A DNA stretch of 41,732 bases from positions 86,767,031-86,808,762 of the forward strand of contig NC_068981.1 in NCBI RefSeq assembly GCF_001194135.2, given 5' to 3'. Each line of letters begins with the position of its first letter. Positions within the stretch are counted from its first letter, which is position 1. The position numbers and the translations under genes were made by a program. The notes beneath the pieces were generated by a model. That model saw only the letters and a program-made list of their open reading frames with translations. It did no database searches and had not been told where the DNA came from. Source of the stretch: Octopus bimaculoides. Its lineage: Eukaryota. This document shows, in pieces, positions 1 through 10,179 of the stretch.

Positions 1-140
1 TTTGGCCCTTGCCTATGTAGGGGGCCGTAGCACCCCCTCATATACGAGCCTTCCGATCTCTTTTTTGCAGCGGTATAATAGTTTCGTTTTTATTCTTTCA
101 CTTTTAATAAGTACCAAATTTGCCTGTCTGGAAATTGCGT

Positions 141-782
141 CGGTTTTGTTTTTTCGCTTTAAAGGTAAACGATTCTGAAATGCTTTTTAATTGTGATAAT
201 GAAACAAAGTTTAAAGAAAACGAAACAGTAGAGTTTCTAAATAACGAAAGGTCTTCATACGGATACACGCTTATACACTGTAGGATATCTTTCAATTTAT
301 ACGATAAACTTTATAAATTTTAAAGTTCAATATTCCCGTGACATAAGTTAGAGATATCGACACGAGTTATTTAAATAATTGTTCGTGGAATGGACCTAAT
401 AAAGGTAGCTATAGTACAATCGATATTTCATATTTACATCCGATGTGACTATTTCTACTTGAATATTGGTCCTACCTCAGATTCGAAATCGAATCCATAA
501 TTTACCCCTAACCATACGGCCTATTGTTATGCACAGCCAAACCGCTGGATCAATCTGTACCAAATTTGGCACGAAGGTTTTTCATTACTCGGGGAAAGTT
601 TGGGGGCACTAAATTTTTTAACTTTTTTTCAAAAACAGAAATATATTTTACATACCCGTCGTATACATCGATTTTGTTTTTTCGCTTTAAAGGTAAACAA
701 TTCTGATAGAAGCAAACACGATATTGAATAATTCTCCGTCATAAAGTAAAGATAAACGCTTTTTAATTGTGATAATGAAACA
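141..782 (+). repeat. Imperfect direct duplication of an AT-rich module upstream of the Helitron relic
   Basis: 144-178 (ttttgttttttcgctttaaaggtaaacgattctga) and 182-206 (gctttttaattgtgataatgaaaca) recur at 672-706 and 758-782; the second copy has about 50 extra nt between the blocks. Confidence 0.85.
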
Positions 783-819
783 TGAGGTTTAGTCCTTACC
801 ACCAAAATTCATTTCTCTT

Positions 820-1085
820 GGGAAATATAAGGGTGACGATGTCTTCATTCCACGGATCCCATGAATCCCATTTGACCTCCCCTATGAATTTAAACGGCTC
901 CAGTTCCTAAATCTCAAGCACAATCTCCCAACGTTGTTGGACTTAACCTTGCTTCTCCTTGATTCTCTCATGGGCAATTATATGTAGGATGTACGCGAGT
1001 TGGAAGCCCCAAAACTCTTTTTCTTTGTTCACCAATTAAAGGATACACTGAAAACATTGTATATTTAGAAGTTCTACAAAATTAA
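820..1085 (+). mobile_element. Helitron RepHel Pif1-like helicase C-terminus, pseudogenised
   Basis: 820-908 translates GKYKGDDVFIPRIP*IPFDLPYEFKRLQF; after a frameshifting deletion 909-1085 gives KSQAQSPNVVGLNLASP*FSHGQLYVGCTRVGSPKTLFLCSPIKGYTENIVYLEVLQN*. This matches the Helitron helicase end (IPRIP..LPF.FKRLQFP..AMTINKSQGQ..PCFSHGQLYVA.SRV..NIVY.EVL). Confidence 0.92.
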
Positions 1086-1627
1086 ACTGTGATTGATTTC
1101 AGGNNNNNNNNNNNNNNNNNNNNNNNNNNNNNNNNNNNNNNNNNNNNNNNNNNNNNNNNNNNNNNNNNNNNNNNNNNNNNNNNNNNNNNNNNNNNNNNNN
1201 NNNNNNNNNNNNNNNNNNNNNNNNNNNNNNNNNNNNNNNNNNNNNNNNNNNNNNNNNNNNNNNNNNNNNNNNNNNNNNNNNNNNNNNNNNNNNNNNNNNN
1301 NNNNNNNNNNNNNNNNNNNNNNNNNNNNNNNNNNNNNNNNNNNNNNNNNNNNNNNNNNNNNNNNNNNNNNNNNNNNNNNNNNNNNNNNNNNNNNNNNNNN
1401 NNNNNNNNNNNNNNNNNNNNNNNNNNNNNNNNNNNNNNNNNNNNNNNNNNNNNNNNNNNNNNNNNNNNNNNNNNNNNNNNNNNNNNNNNNNNNNNNNNNN
1501 NNNNNNNNNNNNNNNNNNNNNNNNNNNNNNNNNNNNNNNNNNNNNNNNNNNNNNNNNNNNNNNNNNNNNNNNNNNNNNNNNNNNNNNNNNNNNNNNNNNN
1601 NNNNNNNNNNNNNNNNNNNNNNNNNNN

Positions 1628-1853
1628 CGAGCTAGCAGAAACGTTAGCGCGCCGGGCGAAATGCATAGCGGTATTTTGTCTGCCGTTACGTTCTGAGTTC
1701 AAATTCCGCCGAGGTCGACTTTGCCTTTCATCCTTTCGGGGTCGATAAATTAAGTACCAGTTACGCACTGGGGTCGATGTAATCGACTTAATCCGTTCGT
1801 CTGTTCTTGTTTGTTCCCTCTATGTTTAGCCCCTTGTGGGCAATAACGAAATA
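1628..1853 (+). mobile_element. tRNA-derived SINE, family A
   Basis: Pol III A-box-like tagcagaaacgtt, B-box gagttcaaattcc, core gaggtcgactttgcctttcatcctttcggggtcgataaattaagtaccag (recalls the Meta/MESC SINE domain, from memory) and tail ccccttgtgggcaataacgaaata. Many homologues in this window. Confidence 0.9.
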
Positions 1854-2036
1854 GGTATTTCGTCTGCCGTTACATTCTGAGTTCAAATTCCGCCGAGGTC
1901 GACTTTGCTTTTCATCCTTTCGGGGTCGATTAAATAAGTACCAGTTACGCACTGGGGTCGATGTAATCGACTTAATCATTTTGTCTATCCTTGTTTGTCC
2001 CCTCTATGTTTACCCCCCTGTGGACAATAAAGAAAT
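1854..2036 (+). mobile_element. SINE family A, 5'-truncated tandem copy
   Basis: Starts at ggtatttcgtctgccg immediately after the tail of the previous copy and repeats its core and tail. Confidence 0.9.
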
Positions 2037-2152
2037 GTGTATACACTTAGTAGTGCTCAAAAGATTCGGTCTTAGACTCCGATGTCTTTACACAAGATCA
2101 TCCCACAAGGGAAGGAAAGGCTATAAGAGCGATCAGGTTCAGCGGGTATAGG

Positions 2153-2552
2153 AGCAATTATGGAGATAAACAAATTAAACACATCAAACACACCTAAAAT
2201 GTATTAAATACATCAAATACAAAATACGTATGTATGTACACATGCAAAGCGAGAGAAAGCAAAAGGTGGAAACTTTCAGATGAATTTATATGTGAAGATA
2301 ATATAGATATTTATATTAATAGGTCCAACTTACACTGAGTACAAATGACAGAGAAGATTAAAAGGATGTGTAAGTTGGACCTATTAATATAAATATCCAT
2401 ATATCTATACATATAAATTCATCATCTGTAAGTTTCCACCTTTTGCTGTCTTTCGTTTTGCATTTATGCATAGATACATATTTTGTACTTGATGTATTTA
2501 ACATATTTCGTGTATATTTGATGTGTCTAATCTGTTTATCCCCATAATTGCT
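2153..2552. repeat. Long fold-back (inverted repeat, about 184 bp arms, 32 nt spacer)
   Basis: 2153-2335 is the reverse complement of 2368-2552. The inner 30 bp (2306-2335 / 2368-2397) are perfect; the outer parts carry scattered substitutions and small indels. Confidence 0.93.
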
Positions 2553-3570
2553 TCGATATATATATATATATATATANNNNNNNNNNNNNNNNNNNNNNNN
2601 NNNNNNNNNNNNNNNNNNNNNNNNNNNNNNNNNNNNNNNNNNNNNNNNNNNNNNNNNNNNNNNNNNNNNNNNNNNNNNNNNNNNNNNNNNNNNNNNNNNN
2701 NNNNNNNNNNNNNNNNNNNNNNNNNNNNNNNNNNNNNNNNNNNNNNNNNNNNNNNNNNNNNNNNNNNNNNNNNNNNNNNNNNNNNNNNNNNNNNNNNNNN
2801 NNNNNNNNNNNNNNNNNNNNNNNNNNNNNNNNNNNNNNNNNNNNNNNNNNNNNNNNNNNNNNNNNNNNNNNNNNNNNNNNNNNNNNNNNNNNNNNNNNNN
2901 NNNNNNNNNNNNNNNNNNNNNNNNNNNNNNNNNNNNNNNNNNNNNNNNNNNNNNNNNNNNNNNNNNNNNNNNNNNNNNNNNNNNNNNNNNNNNNNNNNNN
3001 NNNNNNNNNNNNNNNNNNNNNNNNNNNNNNNNNNNNNNNNNNNNNNNNNNNNNNNNNNNNNNNNNNNNNNNNNNNNNNNNNNNNNNNNNNNNNNNNNNNN
3101 NNNNNNNNNNNNNNNNNNNNNNNNNNNNNNNNNNNNNNNNNNNNNNNNNNNNNNNNNNNNNNNNNNNNNNNNNNNNNNNNNNNNNNNNNNNNNNNNNNNN
3201 NNNNNNNNNNNNNNNNNNNNNNNNNNNNNNNNNNNNNNNNNNNNNNNNNNNNNNNNNNNNNNNNNNNNNNNNNNNNNNNNNNNNNNNNNNNNNNNNNNNN
3301 NNNNNNNNNNNNNNNNNNNNNNNNNNNNNNNNNNNNNNNNNNNNNNNNNNNNNNNNNNNNNNNNNNNNNNNNNNNNNNNNNNNNNNNNNNNNNNNNNNNN
3401 NNNNNNNNNNNNNNNNNNNNNNNNNNNNNNNNNNNNNNNNNNNNNNNNNNNNNNNNNNNNNNNNNNNNNNNNNNNNNNNNNNNNNNNNNNNNNNNNNNNN
3501 NNNNNNNNNNNNNNNNNNNNNNNNNNNNNNNNNNNNNNNNNNNNNNNNNNNNNNNNNNNNNNNNNNNNNN

Positions 3571-3750
3571 AGATGTACGTGGATCTGTGAATGTCGGTGT
3601 GTCTATAGTACCAAAAGCCGTCCTGCCTTCAGTGACAAAGAAGCGAAGTTTGTAGTACATCTCTCCCAGGGATACATGCGAAAATTTGTCGAAGACACTT
3701 ATGCTGAAATGATTGACATGTTTTGAATGTCCAAGTTTCACAGCCATATA
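3571..3750 (-). mobile_element. RTE-clade LINE, post-RT C-terminal fragment
   Basis: Minus strand reads YGCETWTFKTCQSFQHKCLRQIFACIPGRD, matching the RTE motif LYGCETW....FQH.CLR.I..I.W.D. Confidence 0.65.
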
Positions 3751-3825
3751 TATAAGTGTGTGTGTGTGTGAATTTAGTGTTATGTACGTATTTGTAGACA
3801 GACACTTGCACAGAGAAAGAGTAAG

Positions 3826-3903
3826 TGTGTGACAGAGGGAGAGACAGTGAAGAGGGAGAGACTGTGAAGACAGAGAGAGAGAGGGAGAGACAGTGAAGAG
3901 GGA

Positions 3904-3970
<67 letters not shown>
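3826..3970 (+). repeat. (GA)n microsatellite with degenerate flank
   Basis: Direct observation. Confidence 0.95.
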
Positions 3971-3973
<3 letters not shown>

Positions 3974-4199
3974 GAGACTGACAAACAGAAAGAGAGGTGT
4001 GACTTATTTTAGAAGCATGAGTATACTGATAGTTAAACTTAATTATTTTCGCATGTTTTATTGACTACGTTTCAAATTATACATTTAGAGAGAGAATATC
4101 TTTACAAAACTGAATAAAGGTTTAAACATGAACATTGTAATTAGCATAATGCAATTATTGACTCTATTAGTTTGGGCATGTGGGACAGGTTGTATGTAA

Positions 4200-5990
4200 A
4201 TAGACTATACAATTTCTCTAAAAAACCAACTTGCCAGTTTTTAATTAGCCTAAGAGCTTTTATTGCCTTTAGATAAGTAAAAAAAATTCTTGTGGTCGGT
4301 CTCTGACAGTAAAATTAGTATCTGACGTCATTCAGAACAACTTCATCTCAAGTACATGATTCTGACATAGAAGTAAGGTACTGTATGACTGGAAAAGGGA
4401 GCGCCTTTATTCCTTATATTTTGTTCAAGTACAGCTCCTTTGGAGACCTTGAAAAAGGCTATGCTTCCATATCCCTAGATACGAGGTTGGGCTGAAAAGT
4501 TCATAGAAATATGACGGAGTGATGCTAGAGTTATGAAATCATGCACAAATTAATTTCAAATCTTATTAATAACTGCAGTGTTTCTTTCCAGGTAAACTGA
4601 TATGTGATTCTTCAAAGAAGACTTCAAAAGTAACTAGGAGCGACTCCTCTCAAAAACAGACAAAATTTGGTATTGTGGTGTTATCAAATACCTGCAGAAA
4701 AACGATTTTGCCTCCAAGGACATTCATGTTTACATAGTTGTTACATTAGGAGATGACGCTCCAACTTTATCAACAATGCAAAAGTGGGCAACTGAATTTA
4801 GGAGGGAAATGGAGAGTCTTGAAGATGATCTAACGCCTGGAAACCCTGCTGAAGGATGACAAGCAAATGACTATAAATCAAATAGCCAATGCTATAAGCA
4901 TATCTCGTGAGAGCGTTGAGAATATAAACTTGGCAAGTCGAAGGCTGCCACACCTCGCATCTCATCGAATGCACACCAAGCTGATCACATGGTAGCAAAA
5001 TATGACATTGTTCGAGGCAGATCCAGCTGGTTTCCTTGAATGATTCCTAACCCAAGATGAGTGTTAGCTTCAACGCTTTGACCCAGAGCCAAAGAGACAA
5101 TCCATGCAGTGGAAACACCCCTCCTCACCTGCTCCAACGAAGGTCAAGGTTGCTTCATCTGCAGGGAAGGTGACGGCCTCAGTTTTTGGGATGCAAAAGG
5201 CATTGTGTTTATTGACTATCTTCAAAAGGGCCACAGCATCAATAGAGAATACTATGGCAACTTGCTGAGGCAGTTACAAAAGGCTATCACGACCAAACAT
5301 TCCGGAAAACTGAAGAAAAAAGGCCATCTTTCATCAGGACAATGCTGCAGCACAATTCCTTGGTTTCAATAGTTGCTTTGCGTGACTGGCTTCGACCTGG
5401 TTGATCTTCCTCCATATTCTCCTGATTTAGTTCCATCGGTCTATCTTCTGTCCCTCAAATGAAAAAAACAAAACAAAACAAAAAAAAAAACACTTGACTA
5501 GGAACCAATATCAGTTGTTAATGACTTTTTTGACCAACAGCACGAAAGCTTTTTCAACAATGAGATCCAAGCACTACAACACTGATGGAAGAAGTGTGTA
5601 GATAGCAAGGGGACTATGTTAAAAAACATAAACCACTTTTGGTCGCATTGCCTAAAAATATCTTGATCAGCCTGTGAATTTTTAGCCAACCTTCTTACAT
5701 TTAAAGCCGTCATGGATATTTTTGCATGACAACGATCCGAAGCATACAACATAATTAATTTAGGAATTTTACCAAAACAAAAAGAAGCAACCCATATCTA
5801 CAGTATCCAGCAGACTCTTCGCATTTAAATCCGGTAGGATATCTATGGCAATGAATCTACATGAGAAATCAAGAAAAAAAATCCAGCAAGTGAATGAATT
5901 GCAAATGAATGTGTGTTTAGGGGCGAGTTGTCTCTCCGATCTATGACTTTCAGGTGTTTTGAGGGAGTCGTCTCCAGAGCGCTGTATGGC
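4200..5990 (+). mobile_element. Old Tc1-type transposase relic interrupted by the mariner insertion
   Basis: Removing 4482-5697 joins LETLKKAMLPYP*I to HLKPSWIFLHDNDPKHT in frame. A later frame gives YPADSSHLNPVGYLW, a decayed WP.QSPDLNPIE.LW. Outer limits approximate. Confidence 0.7.
4480..5697 (+). mobile_element. Mariner (D,D34D-type) DNA transposon, near full length, defective
   Basis: TA-flanked imperfect TIRs (cgaggttgggctgaaaagttcatag ... cctgtgaatttttagccaaccttct). Broken transposase: DKIWYCGVIKYLQK..TLGDDAPTLSTMQKWATEFRR..SLEDD; TQDEC*LQRFDPE; WDAKGIVFIDYLQKG; FHQDNA; PPYSPDLVPSVY. Confidence 0.95.
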
Positions 5991-6065
5991 AACAGACCAG
6001 CTAACAAGCAAAACCAATACATTGGGTAAATGCGATCGATAATGTTTATATATTTATATGTATAT

Positions 6066-6245
6066 ATTGATAGAAATGGAAATACAACAAAAGAATGAAA
6101 GAGACCTCGATATTATGTAAATAGAGGAATTTATCTGTAAATATAGTATGTGACAATTATTCGGTAGCCATGATAAAACTCCGAGTTTCGGATGTCGGGA
6201 CGGAAACCCACGCCGGCATCTCTTCAGTTATCGGGCCATCGAAAA
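6066..6245 (-). mobile_element. Penelope-like terminal repeat fragment (family P1) carrying a hammerhead
   Basis: 6066-6178 is homologous to 21370-21484, and it contains a complete hammerhead on the minus strand. PLE assignment rests on the minimal type I HHR architecture, not on protein evidence. Confidence 0.65.
6166..6237 (-). ncRNA. Minimal type I hammerhead ribozyme
   Basis: Minus strand: stem I GATAA, core CTGAAGA, stem II GATGCCGG..CCGACATC (one mismatch, one bulged C), GAAA, palindromic stem III ACTC-G-GAGT, GUU cleavage triplet, then TTATC closing stem I. Scissile bond between 6177 and 6176. Confidence 0.8.
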
Positions 6246-7092
6246 AAATGCTATGAAAAATTATATATATATAAATTAATATAAACAGCCAGGCGTAATG
6301 TTATACCATAAAGTAAAAATTCAATCGTCGCTAAGTGTTACTAAGGATGCCGAAGCATCTGCATTGTTAGAAGTAACAGTTAAAGTACTCTTAATGATGC
6401 AGGAAGAGCACAAATGTATGGACACATGTTGTATATATACCTGTATATGTGTATGTATNNNNNNNNNNNNNNNNNNNNNNNNNNNNNNNNNNNNNNNNNN
6501 NNNNNNNNNNNNNNNNNNNNNNNNNNNNNNNNNNNNNNNNNNNNNNNNNNNNNNNNNNNNNNNNNNNNNNNNNNNNNNNNNNNNNNNNNNNNNNNNNNNN
6601 NNNNNNNNNNNNNNNNNNNNNNNNNNNNNNNNNNNNNNNNNNNNNNNNNNNNNNNNNNNNNNNNNNNNNNNNNNNNNNNNNNNNNNNNNNNNNNNNNNNN
6701 NNNNNNNNNNNNNNNNNNNNNNNNNNNNNNNNNNNNNNNNNNNNNNNNNNNNNNNNNNNNNNNNNNNNNNNNNNNNNNNNNNNNNNNNNNNNNNNNNNNN
6801 NNNNNNNNNNNNNNNNNNNNNNNNNNNNNNNNNNNNNNNNNNNNNNNNNNNNNNNNNNNNNNNNNNNNNNNNNNNNNNNNNNNNNNNNNNNNNNNNNNNN
6901 NNNNNNNNNNNNNNNNNNNNNNNNNNNNNNNNNNNNNNNNNNNNNNNNNNNNNNNNNNNNNNNNNNNNNNNNNNNNNNNNNNNNNNNNNNNNNNNNNNNN
7001 NCTCTCTCTTTCTTTGCTGCTTCCGCTAAATATTAATAAAAGTTTACATATATTCATATTTTGAGTTCTATTTCTCCTGTTTGCATCACTGT

Positions 7093-7094
<2 letters not shown>

Positions 7095-7157
<63 letters not shown>

Positions 7158-7228
7158 CGTGCGTGCGTGTGTGTGTGCGTGTTTGTGCATGTGTATGTGT
7201 ATATGTGCGCGTATGTGTGTGTGTGTGT
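7095..7228 (+). repeat. Compound (TA)n(TG)n microsatellite
   Basis: Direct observation. Confidence 0.95.
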
Positions 7229-7373
7229 TAAATAAAATGAGACTACAAAGCCAAGGCAGTGTGAAATTTATAGGACATTTATAAAGGGAAAGGTAGTCTT
7301 ACAGCTGGTGCAGGGATATGAGGGATATCCTTTCATCAGAAACGATATGAGATAGTTAAATAGAAGGAAATAG
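7228..7373 (-). mobile_element. Penelope-like terminal repeat (family P2) with an inactivated hammerhead at 7296-7343
   Basis: Reverse complement aligns with 10598-10742. The HHR reads GTTT CTGATGA AAGGATAT ccctc ATATCCCT GCAC CAGCTG TA AGAC, with the essential GAAA mutated to GCAC. Confidence 0.8.
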
Positions 7374-8256
7374 TAGAGTTCAGTATAAGAAATTATTTTG
7401 GAATGGGAAAGATACAGGAAATATAAAGGGAAAACAGAGAAGAAAGATAAAGATATATGTTGTATGTTACAGTTGCAGTTCCATTATTCAAGGAAAGTGT
7501 TGTGTAAAATGGGTAGAAAGGCTTCTAGTCCATGATATGTAAATTTCGATAGGAGGTCATATTTTGTTATAACAAATGGATAGTGTGGAGACATTAATTC
7601 CATGTTCTGTTCATTCAAAAGGGTCTTGTAGCGTAAATGAAATTTTGAGAAAGTACTGGTAAGGGTAAATAGATAGAGAAAAGAGAATAGATATGTATGT
7701 TAGAAGGAGGAGAACGGTATTGGTTAAAAGAAATAGGGGAGGAAAGAAGAAAGAAAGAAAGAAAAAAAGAAAGGAAGAAAGAGAGAATGAAAAAAGGCGT
7801 GCTATATGGTGATCAGGATATTGATCAAGGGGGAGGGGAGGGGAGAGCTATCAGTAGATAAAAGGAATGGGGGAGGGATAGAAGGAAGAGATAAGAATGT
7901 AAAGTAGGAACATGTGTGAGAAGTGAGAGGTGGGGTGATATGTTTGAAAGGCACTAAAGAGGAGAGATAGGTAAAGAAAATGGTACGGTGGTGTGTACTA
8001 AAAGTAAGTAGTACACCTCAAAATGGAAGGGAAGAATAATAAGGTATAATGGTCAAGTTTCTAAAAATAGACGTAGGCATATATTTTACTAGCTAAAGTG
8101 ATAATGAGCGCTGATGAATCAGTGAAAGACAAATATGTATATATAGTTATACGTACACGCGCACACATATACATATAAATGTGTATATGCACTATTATAT
8201 AGGCCCACATACTTATGCAGCTATACACATACGCATACATGTATATATATATATAA

Positions 8257-8289
<33 letters not shown>

Positions 8290-8441
8290 NNNNNNNNNNN
8301 NNNNNNNNNNNNNNNNNNNNNNNNNNNNNNNNNNNNNNNNNNNNNNNNNNNNNNNNNNNNNNNNNNNNNNNNNNNNNNNNNNNNNNNNNNNNNNNNNNNN
8401 NNNNNNNNNNNNNNNNNNNNNNNNNNNNNNNNNNNNNNNNN

Positions 8442-8472
<31 letters not shown>

Positions 8473-8647
8473 ATATATATATATGCTTATATATATATAT
8501 ATAGATATATATATATGATGAACGACCCTTCATCAGTTGTCGGCTGTCTATCTACTCCTCATTTCGACCATTGAACGACAATATGAGTCTTCGAAGACAG
8601 TTGCTATATATATACATATATACATCACTGGTGAAGGCCTGTTTATA

Positions 8648-8703
8648 GGGTTACCCTGGGTTTCTCGCCATAAAGAATCTCTTTATGGTGTACCATCAGA
8701 CCC
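8648..8703 (-). ncRNA. Hammerhead ribozyme, core-mutated sister of 9937-9992
   Basis: GGGT CTGATGG T A CACCATAAAG agatt CTTTATGGCG A GAAA CCCAGGG TA ACCC. Conserved A9 is changed to G. Confidence 0.75.
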
Positions 8704-8933
8704 TAAGACTTGTTGGCCTATGGCCTCTTTAAAGTATGAAGAGGGAAACGAACCGAATATAAACAATGGGGGTTATCTCCCTTTTCTGGTGGTCATCGGC
8801 TTCCGGCTATGTCGTTCTCCTGGGTAGAAGGTAGGGGGTTATCGCCCACTCTCATCAGCAATCAATTTCAAGCTGTGGTGTAAATATTATCGTTATTATG
8901 TGGTTCCCAAAAACGCTAATAGGAATTTACTGA

Positions 8934-9720
8934 AATGCAAGCGCGACCCGAAAATCTCCGTTAGCTAACGATTCAGAGACAAGTGACCGGGTTGTAATCT
9001 TAGCTAAAAGAAACACTTTCATCACAATTAAAGACCACAAACCGAACTTTGCCTCTAACCCTAAGTGCCACCTGATCAACTCAGCCAAATCCGGGATCGG
9101 TCTGGTGAGCAAGCATATTTTGCGAGATATCAACAACACCATAAGAACGGTCACTAACCTCTCCTTGTGGCGCAGCACCAGCGAAGTGACCGCATGGTTT
9201 AAAGCCAACAAGGGTAGAGGCAGAGCAAGGTTCACCCAATTTGTTATAGTCGATTTTTACCCGTCTATATCGAAAGGTCGGCTGACCAAAACGCTTTCTT
9301 TCGTTAGGGGCCTCACTGATGTTAGCGACAGAGACATAGAAATCAGTATGCATGCCAAGAAGACAGTACTGTTCAACAAAGGTTCGGCTTGGGTCAAGGA
9401 ATCCTACTCCACGGGCTGCTTTGATGTAGCAATGGGAGCCTTCGACAGTGCTGACGTGTGCTTCCTAATAGGATTGTACATTCTGGATACTCTTAATAAA
9501 AAAGTTCTCTGTTCTCTCTGGTCTCTACAGGGATGACGCCCTGGCCATTTATAAGGAGCAAGCATCCACACACTAGATAGGCTTAGGAAGGACTTAATCA
9601 GTACGCTTGGCTCCATGGCATTGAAAATCATCATAGAAACCAATCTCACCACAGTGGACTTCTTAGATGTCATGCTGGACTTGTGCTCCGGTATCTACAG
9701 GCCTTACCGGAACCGAATAA
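8934..9720 (+). pseudogene. Penelope-like reverse transcriptase fragment (Naiad-like by motif recall)
   Basis: FITIKDHKPNFASNPKCHLINSAKSGIGLVSKHIL; VDFYPSI; FDVAMGAFDSADVCFLIGLYIL; after a frameshift GLYRDDAL (YRDD at 9526-9537); VDFLDVMLDLCSGIYRPYR. Thumb and GIY-YIG domain are missing. Confidence 0.9.
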
Positions 9721-9936
9721 TAATGATAACAGCAGTATTAACGATAATATTTACACCACAGCTGGAAATTGATTGCTGATGTGAGTGAGAGATAACCCCC
9801 TACCTTCTAGGTGGTGACAGGAAGACGTCATAGCCGGAAGCCGATGGCCACCAGAAAAGGGAGATAACCCCCATTGTTTATATCCGGTTCGCTTCCTCCT
9901 CCATACATTAAAAAGGCCATAAGCCGACAACTCTTG

Positions 9937-9992
9937 GGGTCTGATGATACGCCATAAAGGTACTCTTTATGGCGAGAAACCCAGGGTAACCC
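9937..9992 (+). ncRNA. Intact minimal type I hammerhead ribozyme (family P3)
   Basis: Stem I GGGT/ACCC, CTGATGA 9941-9947, stem II T-A plus CGCCATAAAG/CTTTATGGCG, GAAA 9976-9979, palindromic stem III ACCC-A-GGGT, GUA triplet, cleavage after 9988. Sense to the RT. Confidence 0.88.
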
Positions 9993-10089
9993 TATAAACA
10001 GACCTTCACCAGTGATAAATATAGACTGCTCTACTTCTTAGAGTGTACTTCTCCGTTTTTATGTTTTTCTAAAAAGAACCCCCAAAAAA

Positions 10090-10092
<3 letters not shown>

Positions 10093-10127
<35 letters not shown>
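10093..10127 (+). repeat. (TA)n microsatellite
   Basis: Direct observation. Confidence 0.95.
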
Positions 10128-10131
<4 letters not shown>

Positions 10132-10179
10132 AATTAAGAAATTAAAATTAAAAATTGAAAAGTTAAATATTATGACATT

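Larger units (their letters stand above)
8624..10016 (+). mobile_element. Internally deleted Penelope-like element bounded by about 275 bp inverted repeats
   Basis: 8624-8895 is the diverged reverse complement of 9739-10016; a PLE RT fragment lies between them; each repeat contains a hammerhead. Confidence 0.9.

Noticed and set aside
7660-8060. Purine-rich tract with G runs as a G-quadruplex or triplex element
   Set aside because: The G runs are irregular and widely spaced; indistinguishable from decayed low-complexity sequence.
8108-8135. CTGATGA atcagt GAAA resembling a hammerhead core
   Set aside because: Stem II has at most 2 weak pairs, and no stem I, stem III or NUH can be formed.
8521-8605. 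Minus-strand CTGATGAAGGG at the edge of a probable repeat fragment
   Set aside because: Only the 5' half of a possible HHR; no GAAA or stem III before the (TA)n tract.
9770-9900. Possible SECIS element in the P3 terminal repeat
   Set aside because: ATGA..AA spacing exists in the left copy, but I could not build helix II with the closing GA quartet, and the right copy lacks the ATGA. SECISearch3 on a consensus would be decisive.
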